A stretch of DNA of 64,000 bases, taken from the IMG/VR virus record IMGVR_UViG_3300036790_000261, positions 24,725-88,724 of that record. One strand, given 5' to 3'. The stretch is from a virus. Lineage: Duplodnaviria > Heunggongvirae > Uroviricota > Caudoviricetes. A program made the position numbers and the translations under genes. This document shows, piece after piece, positions 37,781 through 47,169 of the stretch (positions are counted from its first letter, which is position 1; the number at the start of each line of letters is the position of its first letter). Under the pieces are notes generated by a model that was given only the letters and a program-made list of their open reading frames with translations, ran no database searches and was not told the DNA's origin.

Positions 37781-39106
37781 GTGAACGACGAAGACTACGA
37801 CTGGATGGCTGGCCCTGCCACCGTCCCCCTTGAGCCTGTCCGCTCAGCCCCGCCGTGGGAGCTAGCGACGCTCACCGATACCCCCGTCGTGCCGGGCTGG
37901 CACACCGACACCATGACGATGGCCGCCCCGGGCGACCTGAAGGAGAACGACGATGATACTGCTGCCCGTCGGAGTGACGATCGCGGTCTACTCCGTGCTC
38001 GTGCTCGGGCTCGCCGCTCGCAGGTTCGCCCGGTGGACGCGCCGGATGTGGGCACCCGTACCCTGACGGTTATCGTCCCGGCGTATAACGAGGCGGCCGG
38101 GCTGCCGGAGACGCTGACCTCGGTGATGCGCCAGACCGAGGCGGCTGACCGGGTCCTGGTGGTTGACGACGGCAGCAGTGACGGCACCGCCGAGGTCGCC
38201 CTGGCCTACGGGGCTGAGGTACTGCGCCGGGACCAGTCGTCGGGCAGCAAGTCAGCAGCACTCAACTACGGGCTGCTGGAGTGCGACACCGACCTGGTGC
38301 TGAACGTGGACGGCGACACGGTTATCGCCGACAACTACGTCAAGCTGGTTAAAGCGGCATTCGCCGACCCGATGGTCGCCGTCGCCGCCGGGTCAGTCGG
38401 GGTGTGGAACCCCAAGGGCATCCTGCAGCGCGGGCGCCAGGCGGAGTACCTGCTTAGCTTCCACCTGTTCCGGCCGGTTCAGAACGCCTGGGGATCGCCC
38501 TTGGTGTGCTCGGGCGCGGCATGCGCCTACGACCGTGAGCCATTGGCTGCCGCGGGCGGGTTCCCGGATGACACCGTCGGGGAGGACATGGACTACACCT
38601 GGCGGATGATGCTCGCCGGGCGCAAGGCGGTGTACGTCGCCGGGGCTGAGTGCTACGCCATCGACCCGAAGACGACCGCGCAGCTGCGCACCCAGTTGTG
38701 GCGGTGGATGTCCGGCTACTTCCAGTGCCTGCGACTGCACTGGCGGGAGATCCTCCGGCACAAGAAGCTGCTGGGCTTGCTGGCGGTGCTGTCCGTCATG
38801 GACCTGCTCAGCCTCCCGCTGTGGCTAGCGACCCCGTTCGCGGTAACCGGCAGCGGGCGGGAGATCGCCGAGACGGCACTGCTCTCGCTGGTCGGCACCG
38901 ACCTGCTGATCTCACTGCCTGTCGTCCTAGTCGGCGCGGCCCGGCGCAAGATCAGCATCTGGTGGACGCTAGCGAGCTTCCCGTGCATCTGGGTGCTGCG
39001 GGCGTTCAACGCCTACTACTTCACCAAGGCAATGATCTGGGAGCTGGCCCTCGTCCCGTGCGAGTGGAAGACCAGCCTGTCCGTCTTCAAGAAAGGCCAC
39101 GCGTAA
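37781..39106 (+). CDS. processive family-2 glycosyltransferase (PgaC/IcaA/NodC-like polysaccharide synthase)
   Basis: VIVPAYNEA, DDGSSDGT, NVDGDT (DxD), QLRTQLWRW (QxxRW), C-terminal TM helices; alternative in-frame-shifted N-terminal TM ORF at 37953. Confidence 0.65.
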   Translation: MNDEDYDWMAGPATVPLEPVRSAPPWELATLTDTPVVPGWHTDTMTMAAPGDLKENDDDTAARRSDDRGLLRARARARRSQVRPVDAPDVGTRTLTVIVPAYNEAAGLPETLTSVMRQTEAADRVLVVDDGSSDGTAEVALAYGAEVLRRDQSSGSKSAALNYGLLECDTDLVLNVDGDTVIADNYVKLVKAAFADPMVAVAAGSVGVWNPKGILQRGRQAEYLLSFHLFRPVQNAWGSPLVCSGAACAYDREPLAAAGGFPDDTVGEDMDYTWRMMLAGRKAVYVAGAECYAIDPKTTAQLRTQLWRWMSGYFQCLRLHWREILRHKKLLGLLAVLSVMDLLSLPLWLATPFAVTGSGREIAETALLSLVGTDLLISLPVVLVGAARRKISIWWTLASFPCIWVLRAFNAYYFTKAMIWELALVPCEWKTSLSVFKKGHA

Positions 39107-39108
39107 AC

Positions 39109-39630
39109 ATGAAGTACACAATCACCGTCCTGCAAGACGACATCGACAAGGGCGTACCCAGCAGTGCCAGAAAGTGCGCTATCGCCCTCGCCGCTAAGCG
39201 CGAGCTGTTCGTTGACGACCTCTGCGTCAACGGCCTGGGCATCGAAACCCCCACAGAACGCGGCAGGCTGCCCTCCGAAGCTCGGGCCTTCATCCCGAAG
39301 TTCGACCAGAAGCTGCCCGTCGAGCCGTTCAAGTTCGAGATCGACATGGGGCCCAAGCCCCCGGTTATGGCGTATCAGGGGCAAGATCCGTACTACAACG
39401 ATTACCAGAAGCTTGTCGATTACCAGAAGCTTGTCGTAGGCGGCTTCGACACGCTCAAGTACGAGCCGTTCACGTTCGACGCGTTCGACGCGATCCAGGA
39501 CGACTACGCCAAGCACACCGAGCCGTTCCAGCCCAAGTACACCGCGCACGCCTCGAACGAGTACGTCAACGACATGATCCCGTCGTTCGCGCCGGGTGGC
39601 CCGGTCCAGGTCCAAGGGGGCACAGCGTGA
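39109..39630 (+). CDS. hypothetical protein with in-frame 18-bp tandem duplication
   Basis: ATG 39109; DYQKLV duplicated (39400-39435). Confidence 0.45.
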   Translation: MKYTITVLQDDIDKGVPSSARKCAIALAAKRELFVDDLCVNGLGIETPTERGRLPSEARAFIPKFDQKLPVEPFKFEIDMGPKPPVMAYQGQDPYYNDYQKLVDYQKLVVGGFDTLKYEPFTFDAFDAIQDDYAKHTEPFQPKYTAHASNEYVNDMIPSFAPGGPVQVQGGTA

Positions 39631-40577
39631 AACTTCTCCTACGGCGCCTGACCGTGCTCACGCTCGCCGCGGTTCTCGTCGCCGGGCTCGGTTCCCTGGT
39701 GGCCTGGAAGCTCGGCAAGTTCAGCGGCACCCCGGTTACCGCTTCTGCCAGCGCCGCTAGCGTCTTCAGCCAGCAGGCGTACCTTGCCAGTAGTAACTGG
39801 CAGCAGGGTACGGCTCTTAGCAACGCGAGTGCGGTGCCGCCGGACGGCAAGTGGCCGGTTACCCTGCCGAAGGTCGCCAAGGGCCTGCCGGTGCTGGACA
39901 ACAGCTGCTCGAACGGCTACGTCACGTTCACGTTCGACGACGGGCCGGACCAGTACACGCTGCCGCTGGCGGCGGAGCTGCTGGCGGAGCACGTCCCGGC
40001 GGTGTTCTTCGAGATCGGCGACAAGGTGGCGGAGAACCCGGGCATCACGAGGCTGCTGGCGAAGAACCACTTCGTGATCGGGAACCACACCTACAACCAC
40101 GAGGACCTGACCGGGGCCGCGAACAAGACCAAGCCGCTGACCGCTGCCCAGGTAGCGACGGAGCTGACCCGGGCAACCGCGGCGATCGTCACGGCCGGGG
40201 CACCGGTTCCTACCCTGTGGCGGCCTCCGTACGGTGACGTCAACACAGCGTACGCCGCGGTCGCGAAGAGCCTCGGCTTGCGGCTGGTGATGTCCTGGTC
40301 AAACGACGGGACGATCATCGACAACGAGGACTGGACGAACGCCCCGGCGGCGAAGATCGTCAGCAGTGTCACCCGCTCAGCCGTGCCCCTGCGCAACGGG
40401 GTGATCGTCGCCGGCCACGACGGCATCGGGAACACGGTGAACACCGTCAAGGCGATACCGGAGATCGTCGCGTTCATGAACAGGCACCACCTGTGCGCCA
40501 CCGCTAAGGTTCGCCCGGACGCAACCGGCGCGGTGCTCACCGGGGGCACGGCGCCTACGGGTAACGCCGGCGGCTGA
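39627..40577 (+). CDS. polysaccharide deacetylase (CE4/NodB-homology) with N-terminal membrane anchor
   Basis: TFDDGP, GNHTYNH, LWRPPYG CE4 motifs; signal/TM anchor. Confidence 0.7.
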   Translation: MKLLLRRLTVLTLAAVLVAGLGSLVAWKLGKFSGTPVTASASAASVFSQQAYLASSNWQQGTALSNASAVPPDGKWPVTLPKVAKGLPVLDNSCSNGYVTFTFDDGPDQYTLPLAAELLAEHVPAVFFEIGDKVAENPGITRLLAKNHFVIGNHTYNHEDLTGAANKTKPLTAAQVATELTRATAAIVTAGAPVPTLWRPPYGDVNTAYAAVAKSLGLRLVMSWSNDGTIIDNEDWTNAPAAKIVSSVTRSAVPLRNGVIVAGHDGIGNTVNTVKAIPEIVAFMNRHHLCATAKVRPDATGAVLTGGTAPTGNAGG

Positions 40578-40593
40578 GGTCAGCAGAAGGCGA

Positions 40594-41472
40594 ATGCTCG
40601 CCCTGGTGGCGGGTGCGGCAGTGAGTACAGTACTGAGAAGCGACGACTCCTGGAGGAGCAGCATGCCCCGCACCCGTCACCCGCATCCACGGCCGAACCC
40701 GCACCCGGGGCCGCACCCCCACCCGCATCCTCAGCCGAAGCCGCCCGTCCCCCCGGTTACCCCGCCCCCGGTGCCGCCGACTCCTCCTGCCGGGCAGTAC
40801 CTGTGGAACCCGTCGTTCGCCGGGGCGGCCGGGACGCTGCCGAGCACCGCGGACTGGAATTTCATCACCGGGGCGGGCGCGGAGGTCGGCGGGAACAACG
40901 AGACCGAGACCTACGTCAAGTCAGCCAGCAACTCTTACCTGGACGGCAACGGGAACCTGGTTCTCGCGGTCACCAAGGGGCTGAACAGCGCCCGGCTGAC
41001 CAGTAAGTTCAGTGTCGGGCCGGGTACCTCCTGGGAAGCCGAGATCACGCTGGACAACGTGCAGGGCTGCTGGCCGGCGTTCTGGTTCATGAGCACGACG
41101 GCCGGGCCGTACCCGAAGAACTGGTGCGAGGTCGACGTCTGCGAGAGCTACGGCGAGGGCATCGTTGACAGCACCGTCTGGAACGGCAACGCCAGCACCG
41201 GCGTGTCAGACTCCCAGTGGGCGACGGACAGCAAGCCGCACGTCTTCCGGATGGACAACGCGGGCACCTCGATCTCGGTGTACCGCGACAACGTCCTGGT
41301 GAACACGGCGAGCGCGAAGAACTGCTCACCGTGGCTGTACGGCAACGCCGAGCTGTTCTGCATCCTGAACATCGCCACCGACGGCACCGGGACGCAGAAC
41401 GTCAACCCCAACCCGGCGGACCTGCCGTCCACGATGACCGTCGGGTACGTCCGCGCCTTCGAGATGGCGTAG
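40594..41472 (+). CDS. glycoside hydrolase family 16-like protein with Pro-rich linker
   Basis: EVDVCE catalytic motif (ExDxxE); HPHP/PPVPP linker; N-terminal hydrophobic segment. Confidence 0.55.
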   Translation: MLALVAGAAVSTVLRSDDSWRSSMPRTRHPHPRPNPHPGPHPHPHPQPKPPVPPVTPPPVPPTPPAGQYLWNPSFAGAAGTLPSTADWNFITGAGAEVGGNNETETYVKSASNSYLDGNGNLVLAVTKGLNSARLTSKFSVGPGTSWEAEITLDNVQGCWPAFWFMSTTAGPYPKNWCEVDVCESYGEGIVDSTVWNGNASTGVSDSQWATDSKPHVFRMDNAGTSISVYRDNVLVNTASAKNCSPWLYGNAELFCILNIATDGTGTQNVNPNPADLPSTMTVGYVRAFEMA

Positions 41473-41541
41473 CCGGGGCCATACCGCTGGCTAAGCACAC
41501 CCGTGTCAACGCCCCGCTCCCCGCTACTCCTAGGAGATCTC

Positions 41542-41955
41542 ATGCTCAAGAAACTGCTCGCCGTCGCTACCGCGGCGCCCCTCGTAGCGCTCGGCGTTCA
41601 GGTGACTGCCAGCGCCGCGGTCAGGCCGAAGCCGCTGCTCGTGTGCACGGCTACCGTCTCGAGTCAGCACCCGGTGGACTACAGCACGGTTGTCACGACT
41701 GTACGCGTCGGGGCTGCCGGGATAAAGACGGCGGTGACGGCTAATTACAAGACCGTGCGCACCACCATGACGGGCGTCTCTGTCCTTCAGCCTGTCGGTG
41801 ACATGCGTTTTGCGTACCTCGCGCACGCCCCGTTCAAGATCAGCGACGCCAAGCCGGGCTACAAGGTACAGGTGAACGCGGTGGTGAGCCGTCCGGGGTG
41901 GCGCTCGGGTAGCTGCTCGACCTGGTTCATCCCGCAGGCGAAGCCGAAGCGCTAA
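41542..41955 (+). CDS. secreted hypothetical protein
   Basis: Signal peptide MLKKLLAVATAAPLVALGVQVTASAA; SD GGAG upstream. Confidence 0.45.
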   Translation: MLKKLLAVATAAPLVALGVQVTASAAVRPKPLLVCTATVSSQHPVDYSTVVTTVRVGAAGIKTAVTANYKTVRTTMTGVSVLQPVGDMRFAYLAHAPFKISDAKPGYKVQVNAVVSRPGWRSGSCSTWFIPQAKPKR

Positions 41956-41970
41956 CTGCCGCGTGGCAGT
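41955..41970. promoter_or_regulatory. conserved palindrome variant ACTGCCGCGTGGCAGT (copy 4)
   Basis: Directly after stop of secreted-protein gene. Confidence 0.45.
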
Positions 41971-42086
41971 CACAGACGGGTCCGGGCAGGCTCCTACCGC
42001 AGGACCACTGGAAGCCCGGACCGGCACGTAAGGCGACGGCCGTCTCTGGCAGCGGGGCGGCCGTCGCCGCGCTAGGAAGGAACAGG

Positions 42087-42278
42087 ATGACCAAGGAAGA
42101 GATGATCGCCGCGATGGCGGAGCTGATCGCCGGGCTGCAGGTGCCGATGTCGATGTCGATGCCGCTCGGCGCGGCGAAGGACCCGTGGACGAGGCTGCAC
42201 CGGGGGCTGCACGGCTTCGGGTGGGCGACAGCGGAGGACTACGAGCACGCGATCAGGGCCGTGCTCATGACGAGGTAA
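42087..42278 (+). CDS. hypothetical protein
   Basis: ATG with GAAGGAACAGG SD. Confidence 0.4.
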   Translation: MTKEEMIAAMAELIAGLQVPMSMSMPLGAAKDPWTRLHRGLHGFGWATAEDYEHAIRAVLMTR

Positions 42279-42335
42279 CGGGCGCATCCGTAGCGGGCTA
42301 ATGAAGGAACGAAAAACCAGAGAGGGCACGCCCTG

Positions 42336-42485
42336 CTACGGGTGCACCCAGGGGCGCCAGGCGAACACGCCCTCGATCGCCAGGCAGGCCAGGGCGGCGC
42401 TGACGATGGCGAGGTCGTGGTCACCCTTGATCCATGACACGATCGCCGCAATGACAAACAGCACGAACGCAGCAACACCGAACAT
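42336..42485 (-). CDS. 49-aa two-helix membrane peptide (below ORF-track cutoff)
   Basis: MFGVAAFVLFVIAAIVSW...AALACLAIEGVFAW; good GC3. Confidence 0.3.
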   Translation of the reverse strand: MFGVAAFVLFVIAAIVSWIKGDHDLAIVSAALACLAIEGVFAWRPWVHP

Positions 42486-42537
42486 GACGGGCACCTTTCT
42501 ATAGGTTCCCCTCAGCTACCCACAGGAAGAGGATCAC

Positions 42538-42723
42538 ATGCAAGCCACGGAGAACGAGGTTATCGAGCAGCAGTGGGTGCAGGACATGCCGATGGCGATC
42601 CGGGTCAAGAAGAACCTGGTCGGGGCCGCCGCGTCCCAGGGGCTGGTGATCGGCATCGTGCCGGACGGGGACAACAAGACCCGCGGGTTCTTCGTCACCA
42701 TTGAGCGGCCCGCCCGTGTCTGA
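42538..42723 (+). CDS. hypothetical protein
   Basis: ATG with AGGAAGAGGA SD. Confidence 0.4.
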   Translation: MQATENEVIEQQWVQDMPMAIRVKKNLVGAAASQGLVIGIVPDGDNKTRGFFVTIERPARV

Positions 42724-42841
42724 GCCGACGTGCGACTACTGCTCTCAGGGCGCCAACGACAAAGGCCCGGTCCGGCTGTACGACGGCGGCTTCACCCACG
42801 CGCACGCCGAGTGCTACAAGAAGGCGAAGGGGCGCGCGTGA
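42716..42841 (+). CDS. 41-aa zinc-finger-like peptide
   Basis: CDYC...HAEC; GTG overlapping upstream stop. Confidence 0.3.
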   Translation: MSEPTCDYCSQGANDKGPVRLYDGGFTHAHAECYKKAKGRA

Positions 42842-43062
42842 GCCGGCCGAACTCCCGGCTGACCCGGGTGCGCAGGCGCCTGGTGAAGCTTCTGGACCCG
42901 TGGCCGCCGGTACACGAGGCGTGGTGCATCGGCTGCGCGCAGAACGGCGGGCGCACCCTGGTGCTCGGCGCGAACGCAGTTTACGATCACGTTGCCCTGC
43001 ACACGAGCTGCAAAGAGGTCGTGAGGGTCAGGGTGCAGACCCCGGCTCAGGAGGAAGCGTGA
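42838..43062 (+). CDS. small hypothetical protein
   Basis: GTGA overlap chain. Confidence 0.3.
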   Translation: MSRPNSRLTRVRRRLVKLLDPWPPVHEAWCIGCAQNGGRTLVLGANAVYDHVALHTSCKEVVRVRVQTPAQEEA

Positions 43063-43232
43063 ACGACCGGCTGACCGAGAACCTGGATGACCAGGTCTGG
43101 TATGCGATAAAGCTGATCAAGGAGCACGAGTACACCGACGGCGAGCACCATAAGCAGTGGGTGCTCAACCAGGTGCTGCTGCTCCTGACCGGCGGGGCCG
43201 AGCACCTGGAAGACGAGGGGACCATCCCGTGA
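43059..43232 (+). CDS. small hypothetical protein
   Basis: GTGA overlap chain. Confidence 0.3.
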   Translation: MNDRLTENLDDQVWYAIKLIKEHEYTDGEHHKQWVLNQVLLLLTGGAEHLEDEGTIP

Positions 43233-43423
43233 AGACAGCCGACGAGCACGGAGAGCGTTCCTGCGACGAGACGGTCGCCCTGCTCGACAACCCCAGCGAG
43301 CCTGAATTCGCCGTCGTCCTGCGCTGCAACGCGCTGTACCACACGCCGTACGCCGACTGCCCGGCAGAGCACTACGACCCGGACTACAGGCTCGCCTGGC
43401 GTTCAGCTGGCGGGAAGGTGTAA
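43229..43423 (+). CDS. small hypothetical protein
   Basis: GTGA overlap chain. Confidence 0.3.
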   Translation: MKTADEHGERSCDETVALLDNPSEPEFAVVLRCNALYHTPYADCPAEHYDPDYRLAWRSAGGKV

Positions 43424-45262
43424 GTGACCACTGTCTTCGGGGAGCTTGACCCGACGGGGGAGTTCATCCTCGTCACGGTGGTGGGCGGCGGGGATCATGA
43501 GCGGGCCCAGTGCGCGGCGCTGCTGCAGGCCATGACCCCCGCCATCAACCCGACGGCGAACCCGGAGGTGATCGCGGTCCCGCTGTCCTGGTCGGCGGTC
43601 ACCCAGCTGGCGCACGACTTCACCGGGGAGCCTGCGTGGGACGGGCGGCCGGGGCTAGCCTGGACCCCGGGAGAGCAGCTGTGCAAGTGGCTGCTGGCGG
43701 AGATCATCCGCCGCTCGTGCGACGGGGACTGGGTCGGTGAGTGGCCGAAGCGGGAGCCGATGGCGCACCAGCGGGCGGGCGGGATCGCCGTCGGGATGAA
43801 CGGGCGGTTCCTGTTCGTCGACGACATGGGCACAGGTAAGGGCGGCTGCTACCTGATGGGCCTGGCCGGGCTGGAGGCACGTAACCGGAACCCGTGGCCC
43901 GCGCTGTTCGTCTGCCCGGCCAGCGTGGTGGACACCATCCTGGAGGAGGTCCCGTTCTGGTACCCCGACTGGAAGGCGGTCGCTTACCGCGGCACCGGGC
44001 GGCAGAAGTACCTGAAGTCGAACGCGCGCATCCTGGTGATGGGGTACGAGACGATGCGCAACGACACCGGGGACTCAGCTAAGCCGGGGCCGCTGCTGAA
44101 GCTGAACGCGGGCACGCTGATCGGCGACGAGTGCCACATGCTCTGCAATTACGACAGCCTGCAGTCGCGCAAGTTCCGGCTGCTGGCTAAGCACGTGCGG
44201 AACGTGGTCCCCGGGTCGGGCACGCCGATCACCGTGAACGCGGCGGGCTTCTGGCCGGTGCTGAACTCGATGTACCCGGGCAGCTACCCGAGCCGGGACC
44301 GGTACAAGAAGTACTACTGCATAGGGCGCAAGGCGCAGTACGGCAACGGGGACCGGGAGGTCACCGGGATCAACCCGCTGCGCGACAAGCAGTTCCGGGC
44401 CGAGATGCAGGGGGTGTTCCGCCGGGTCGCCCTTGAAGACGTGTGGGACATGCCGCCGAAGTCCTACCAGGTGCGGTACGTGGAGATCCCGGCTGCCTGG
44501 CGGGCTGCGTACAACCAGATGGAAGAGGACATGCTGGCGGAGCTGCCCGACCAGATGACCCCGCTGGAGGCGAACGTCGCGGTGGTGAAGATGATGCGGC
44601 TGCGGCAGCTGGCCTGCTCGGCGTGCGACGTCGAGGTCACCCGGGAGATCGAGATGAACCTGCGGTCACCGAAGTACGGTACCGAGGTGGCGCGCACTAA
44701 GGTCACCTTGAAGGAGCCGTGCTGGAAGGGCGCCGCACTGGTTTCGCTGCTCGACGAGCTGCACCAGGCTGAGGGCGAGCACGACGAGCTCGGCAGGCAG
44801 TACGGGCACACCGTCGGGTCGCGTCCGGTACTCGCGTTCGCCGAGTCATCTCAGCTAGTCAGGGTGGCCGGGGCGATGGCGGAGAAGAAGGGGTACACCG
44901 TCGGGTACTTCGACGGGGACGTGAAGAACAAGGACCGGACTGCGGCCCGGCTCGCGTTCCAGGACAATAAACTCGACCTGCTGTGCGTTACGACAGGGGC
45001 GGGCGGTGTCGGGCTGAACCTAACTGCGGCCGGCGACGTGGCGTTCCTGGCTAACCCGTGGGGGTACGTGCCCCGGGTGCAGTCCGAGCGGCGGGCATGG
45101 CGCCGCGGGCAGGACAAGCCGGTGATGATCTACGACTTCGTTACCAAGGACAGCGTTGAGAGCCGGGTGGCGGCGCGGCTGCGGGAGAAGGCAGTGAACT
45201 TGGCGGATTTGGTGCAAGATCGCCGGATCGCGGAAGAGTTCTTGGGGGGCAACAAGCACTAG
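43424..45262 (+). CDS. SNF2/RAD54-family helicase
   Basis: DEAH-box LIGDECHMLCN, helicase C motif VI RAWRRGQDKPVMIYDFV. Confidence 0.75.
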   Translation: MTTVFGELDPTGEFILVTVVGGGDHERAQCAALLQAMTPAINPTANPEVIAVPLSWSAVTQLAHDFTGEPAWDGRPGLAWTPGEQLCKWLLAEIIRRSCDGDWVGEWPKREPMAHQRAGGIAVGMNGRFLFVDDMGTGKGGCYLMGLAGLEARNRNPWPALFVCPASVVDTILEEVPFWYPDWKAVAYRGTGRQKYLKSNARILVMGYETMRNDTGDSAKPGPLLKLNAGTLIGDECHMLCNYDSLQSRKFRLLAKHVRNVVPGSGTPITVNAAGFWPVLNSMYPGSYPSRDRYKKYYCIGRKAQYGNGDREVTGINPLRDKQFRAEMQGVFRRVALEDVWDMPPKSYQVRYVEIPAAWRAAYNQMEEDMLAELPDQMTPLEANVAVVKMMRLRQLACSACDVEVTREIEMNLRSPKYGTEVARTKVTLKEPCWKGAALVSLLDELHQAEGEHDELGRQYGHTVGSRPVLAFAESSQLVRVAGAMAEKKGYTVGYFDGDVKNKDRTAARLAFQDNKLDLLCVTTGAGGVGLNLTAAGDVAFLANPWGYVPRVQSERRAWRRGQDKPVMIYDFVTKDSVESRVAARLREKAVNLADLVQDRRIAEEFLGGNKH

Positions 45263-45278
45263 GAGAAACGGAGAGCGG

Positions 45279-45443
45279 ATGACCGGCAGAAGGCAGAGCG
45301 CTGTCAGCGTGCCCGAGGACACCTTGCTGATCCTGGCGCTGGACGCGCTGGTGCGGTACCGGGCGCGGGAGCTGAGCCTTCCGTCGGACTCCCTGTTCTC
45401 CACCCTGGTGGACCGGCTGGGCGGTGACGCTGATGCCGAGTAA
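45279..45443 (+). CDS. small hypothetical protein (54 aa)
   Basis: ATG with AGGAGAAACGGAGAG SD. Confidence 0.3.
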   Translation: MTGRRQSAVSVPEDTLLILALDALVRYRARELSLPSDSLFSTLVDRLGGDADAE

Positions 45444-45735
45444 GAAGGGCAAGGGCAGGCACCGGCAGCACGTGTACCGCAGGCCGTCGCCGTCGGGCGG
45501 CAACCGGAGGCTGTGGGGGTCGCACCGGTGCCCGGACTGCGGGAAGTGGTGCTACAAGAGCCGGGACGACGCGGAGGCCTCGGTGCGGATGCTGCACCCG
45601 GGGGCGACGGTGCACTACTACCTGTGCGCCGGCTGGTGGCACTACACGTCGATGACCGCGGAGCAGGTTGAGAACCTGAAGGACCGCCGGTTCGCTAAGG
45701 GCGACGACGGGGAAGCGGAAGAAACTGTCGCCTAG
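45424..45735 (+). CDS. zinc-finger hypothetical protein
   Basis: CPDCGKWCY...C motif. Confidence 0.4.
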   Translation: MTLMPSKKGKGRHRQHVYRRPSPSGGNRRLWGSHRCPDCGKWCYKSRDDAEASVRMLHPGATVHYYLCAGWWHYTSMTAEQVENLKDRRFAKGDDGEAEETVA

Positions 45736-45901
45736 GCTTGTTATCATCAGTCGCATGCAACGACACGAGAAGACAACCATGGCCTGGGGCGAGCCACCCT
45801 GCACCTGCACCCCCGGGAACGTCGTCAACGGCCACCAGACCTGGATCATCGACCCGGCCTGCCCTGAGCACGGCAGCGGCAACAGCTAGAAGGAGGCCCG
45901 C

Positions 45902-46564
45902 GTGAAAACATGGGTGAGGCTCCTGTTCCTGCTGCTCACCGGGAGCATCGCGTTCTTCATGCTCGCCCACCCGAACCTGCAGTACACCTACTGGAGCGGG
46001 ATTGCCGCCGTCCCCGTCGGGTTGTGCCTCGCCCTGGCCCTGGGCGGAGACGAGTGCGCCGCAAACGCCAGGCGGCTGGTGAAGGAGCGCAAGCAGAAGG
46101 CGGTCCGGGACCGCGCTGAGCAGACCATGCTTGAGTGGGGCAAGCGGTACGGGCCGTCCGTCGTCACCCCGGTGCGCAAGCCCGAGGCACTGCCCGTGTC
46201 GATCGCGCCTTCAGCAACCGGCAGTCCTGTCATCGGCGGCAGCATGTCCTCGGACGAGTTCGCCTGGCAGGTCGCCAGGGCAGCCGAAGAATCGTACGTG
46301 CCCGAGGGGTCGGCGGAGCTGCTGCAGAACCTGATGGAGGCGCTGCGCGACCAGGCGGCCGAGGCGGTCAAGGGCAGTCACTGGGAGATGAACGCCGAGT
46401 GGGCGGCCGAGGTGAAGAAGCTGAAGGTGATCGACGGCAACCGGGAACCGCTGTGGAAGGTGCGCACCCGGGTCATGCCCGCGGGCTACCCGAGTGCGTA
46501 CCTGCTCGGCTTCCCGGTCCGGGTCAGCGACGAGTACGGGGCGCCAAGCCTGGAGGGACCGTGA
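45902..46564 (+). CDS. membrane protein
   Basis: Two N-terminal TM helices. Confidence 0.45.
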   Translation: MKTWVRLLFLLLTGSIAFFMLAHPNLQYTYWSGIAAVPVGLCLALALGGDECAANARRLVKERKQKAVRDRAEQTMLEWGKRYGPSVVTPVRKPEALPVSIAPSATGSPVIGGSMSSDEFAWQVARAAEESYVPEGSAELLQNLMEALRDQAAEAVKGSHWEMNAEWAAEVKKLKVIDGNREPLWKVRTRVMPAGYPSAYLLGFPVRVSDEYGAPSLEGP

Positions 46565-46803
46565 AGAAGTACTGCCGGCGGTGGACAGCCCGGCGAGCAG
46601 GGTGCCGGCAGCCGAAGTACCACCCGTCGATGTGCCCGTGCATCTCACCGGAGACCCGGTTGCGCGCCGCGTCGGCCCCGAGGAGGAAGCTGCGGTGACC
46701 CCCGGCAGAAAGTGCAGCTGCGGGTGCCCGCCGTGCCGCCGGGGCGAGCACCTCCTCTGCCCGGACGGGCACTCCGGCGGGTGCCACGTTTACTGCGCCT
46801 CCT

Positions 46804-47169
46804 GTGCGAGCAGCGGCTCTACCATGGACTATGCCCCTGATGTATCACCCGGTGCGCTTGTTCCGGCTGTCGTGCGGCTGCCTGCGCGGCTACCCGATGA
46901 TGCCGGCCGGGGTTCAGCACACGGTGCTGTGCATTACCTGCCGGGTTACTGTCCTGACGACCGCGGTGTACCCGGAGCGGCGCTGCGGCGTATCGGGGTG
47001 GGCGCGGTTCGCCGGGGTGCGGCTGCGGGTGGCCTGCACCCGGCGGCGCGGGGCGTGCGTGACCGGGCTGCACCTGGACGAGTACGCGGCGGCGGTTCCC
47101 GTTGCCTTCACCGTGACCGGGTTGCCGAAGCTGGCGCGCAGCCGCGAGGGAAAGACAGGACGAGCGTGA
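46804..47169 (+). CDS. Cys-rich hypothetical protein
   Basis: High GC3 from ~46831; preceded by two short Cys-rich ORFs in other frames. Confidence 0.3.
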   Translation: MRAAALPWTMPLMYHPVRLFRLSCGCLRGYPMMPAGVQHTVLCITCRVTVLTTAVYPERRCGVSGWARFAGVRLRVACTRRRGACVTGLHLDEYAAAVPVAFTVTGLPKLARSREGKTGRA

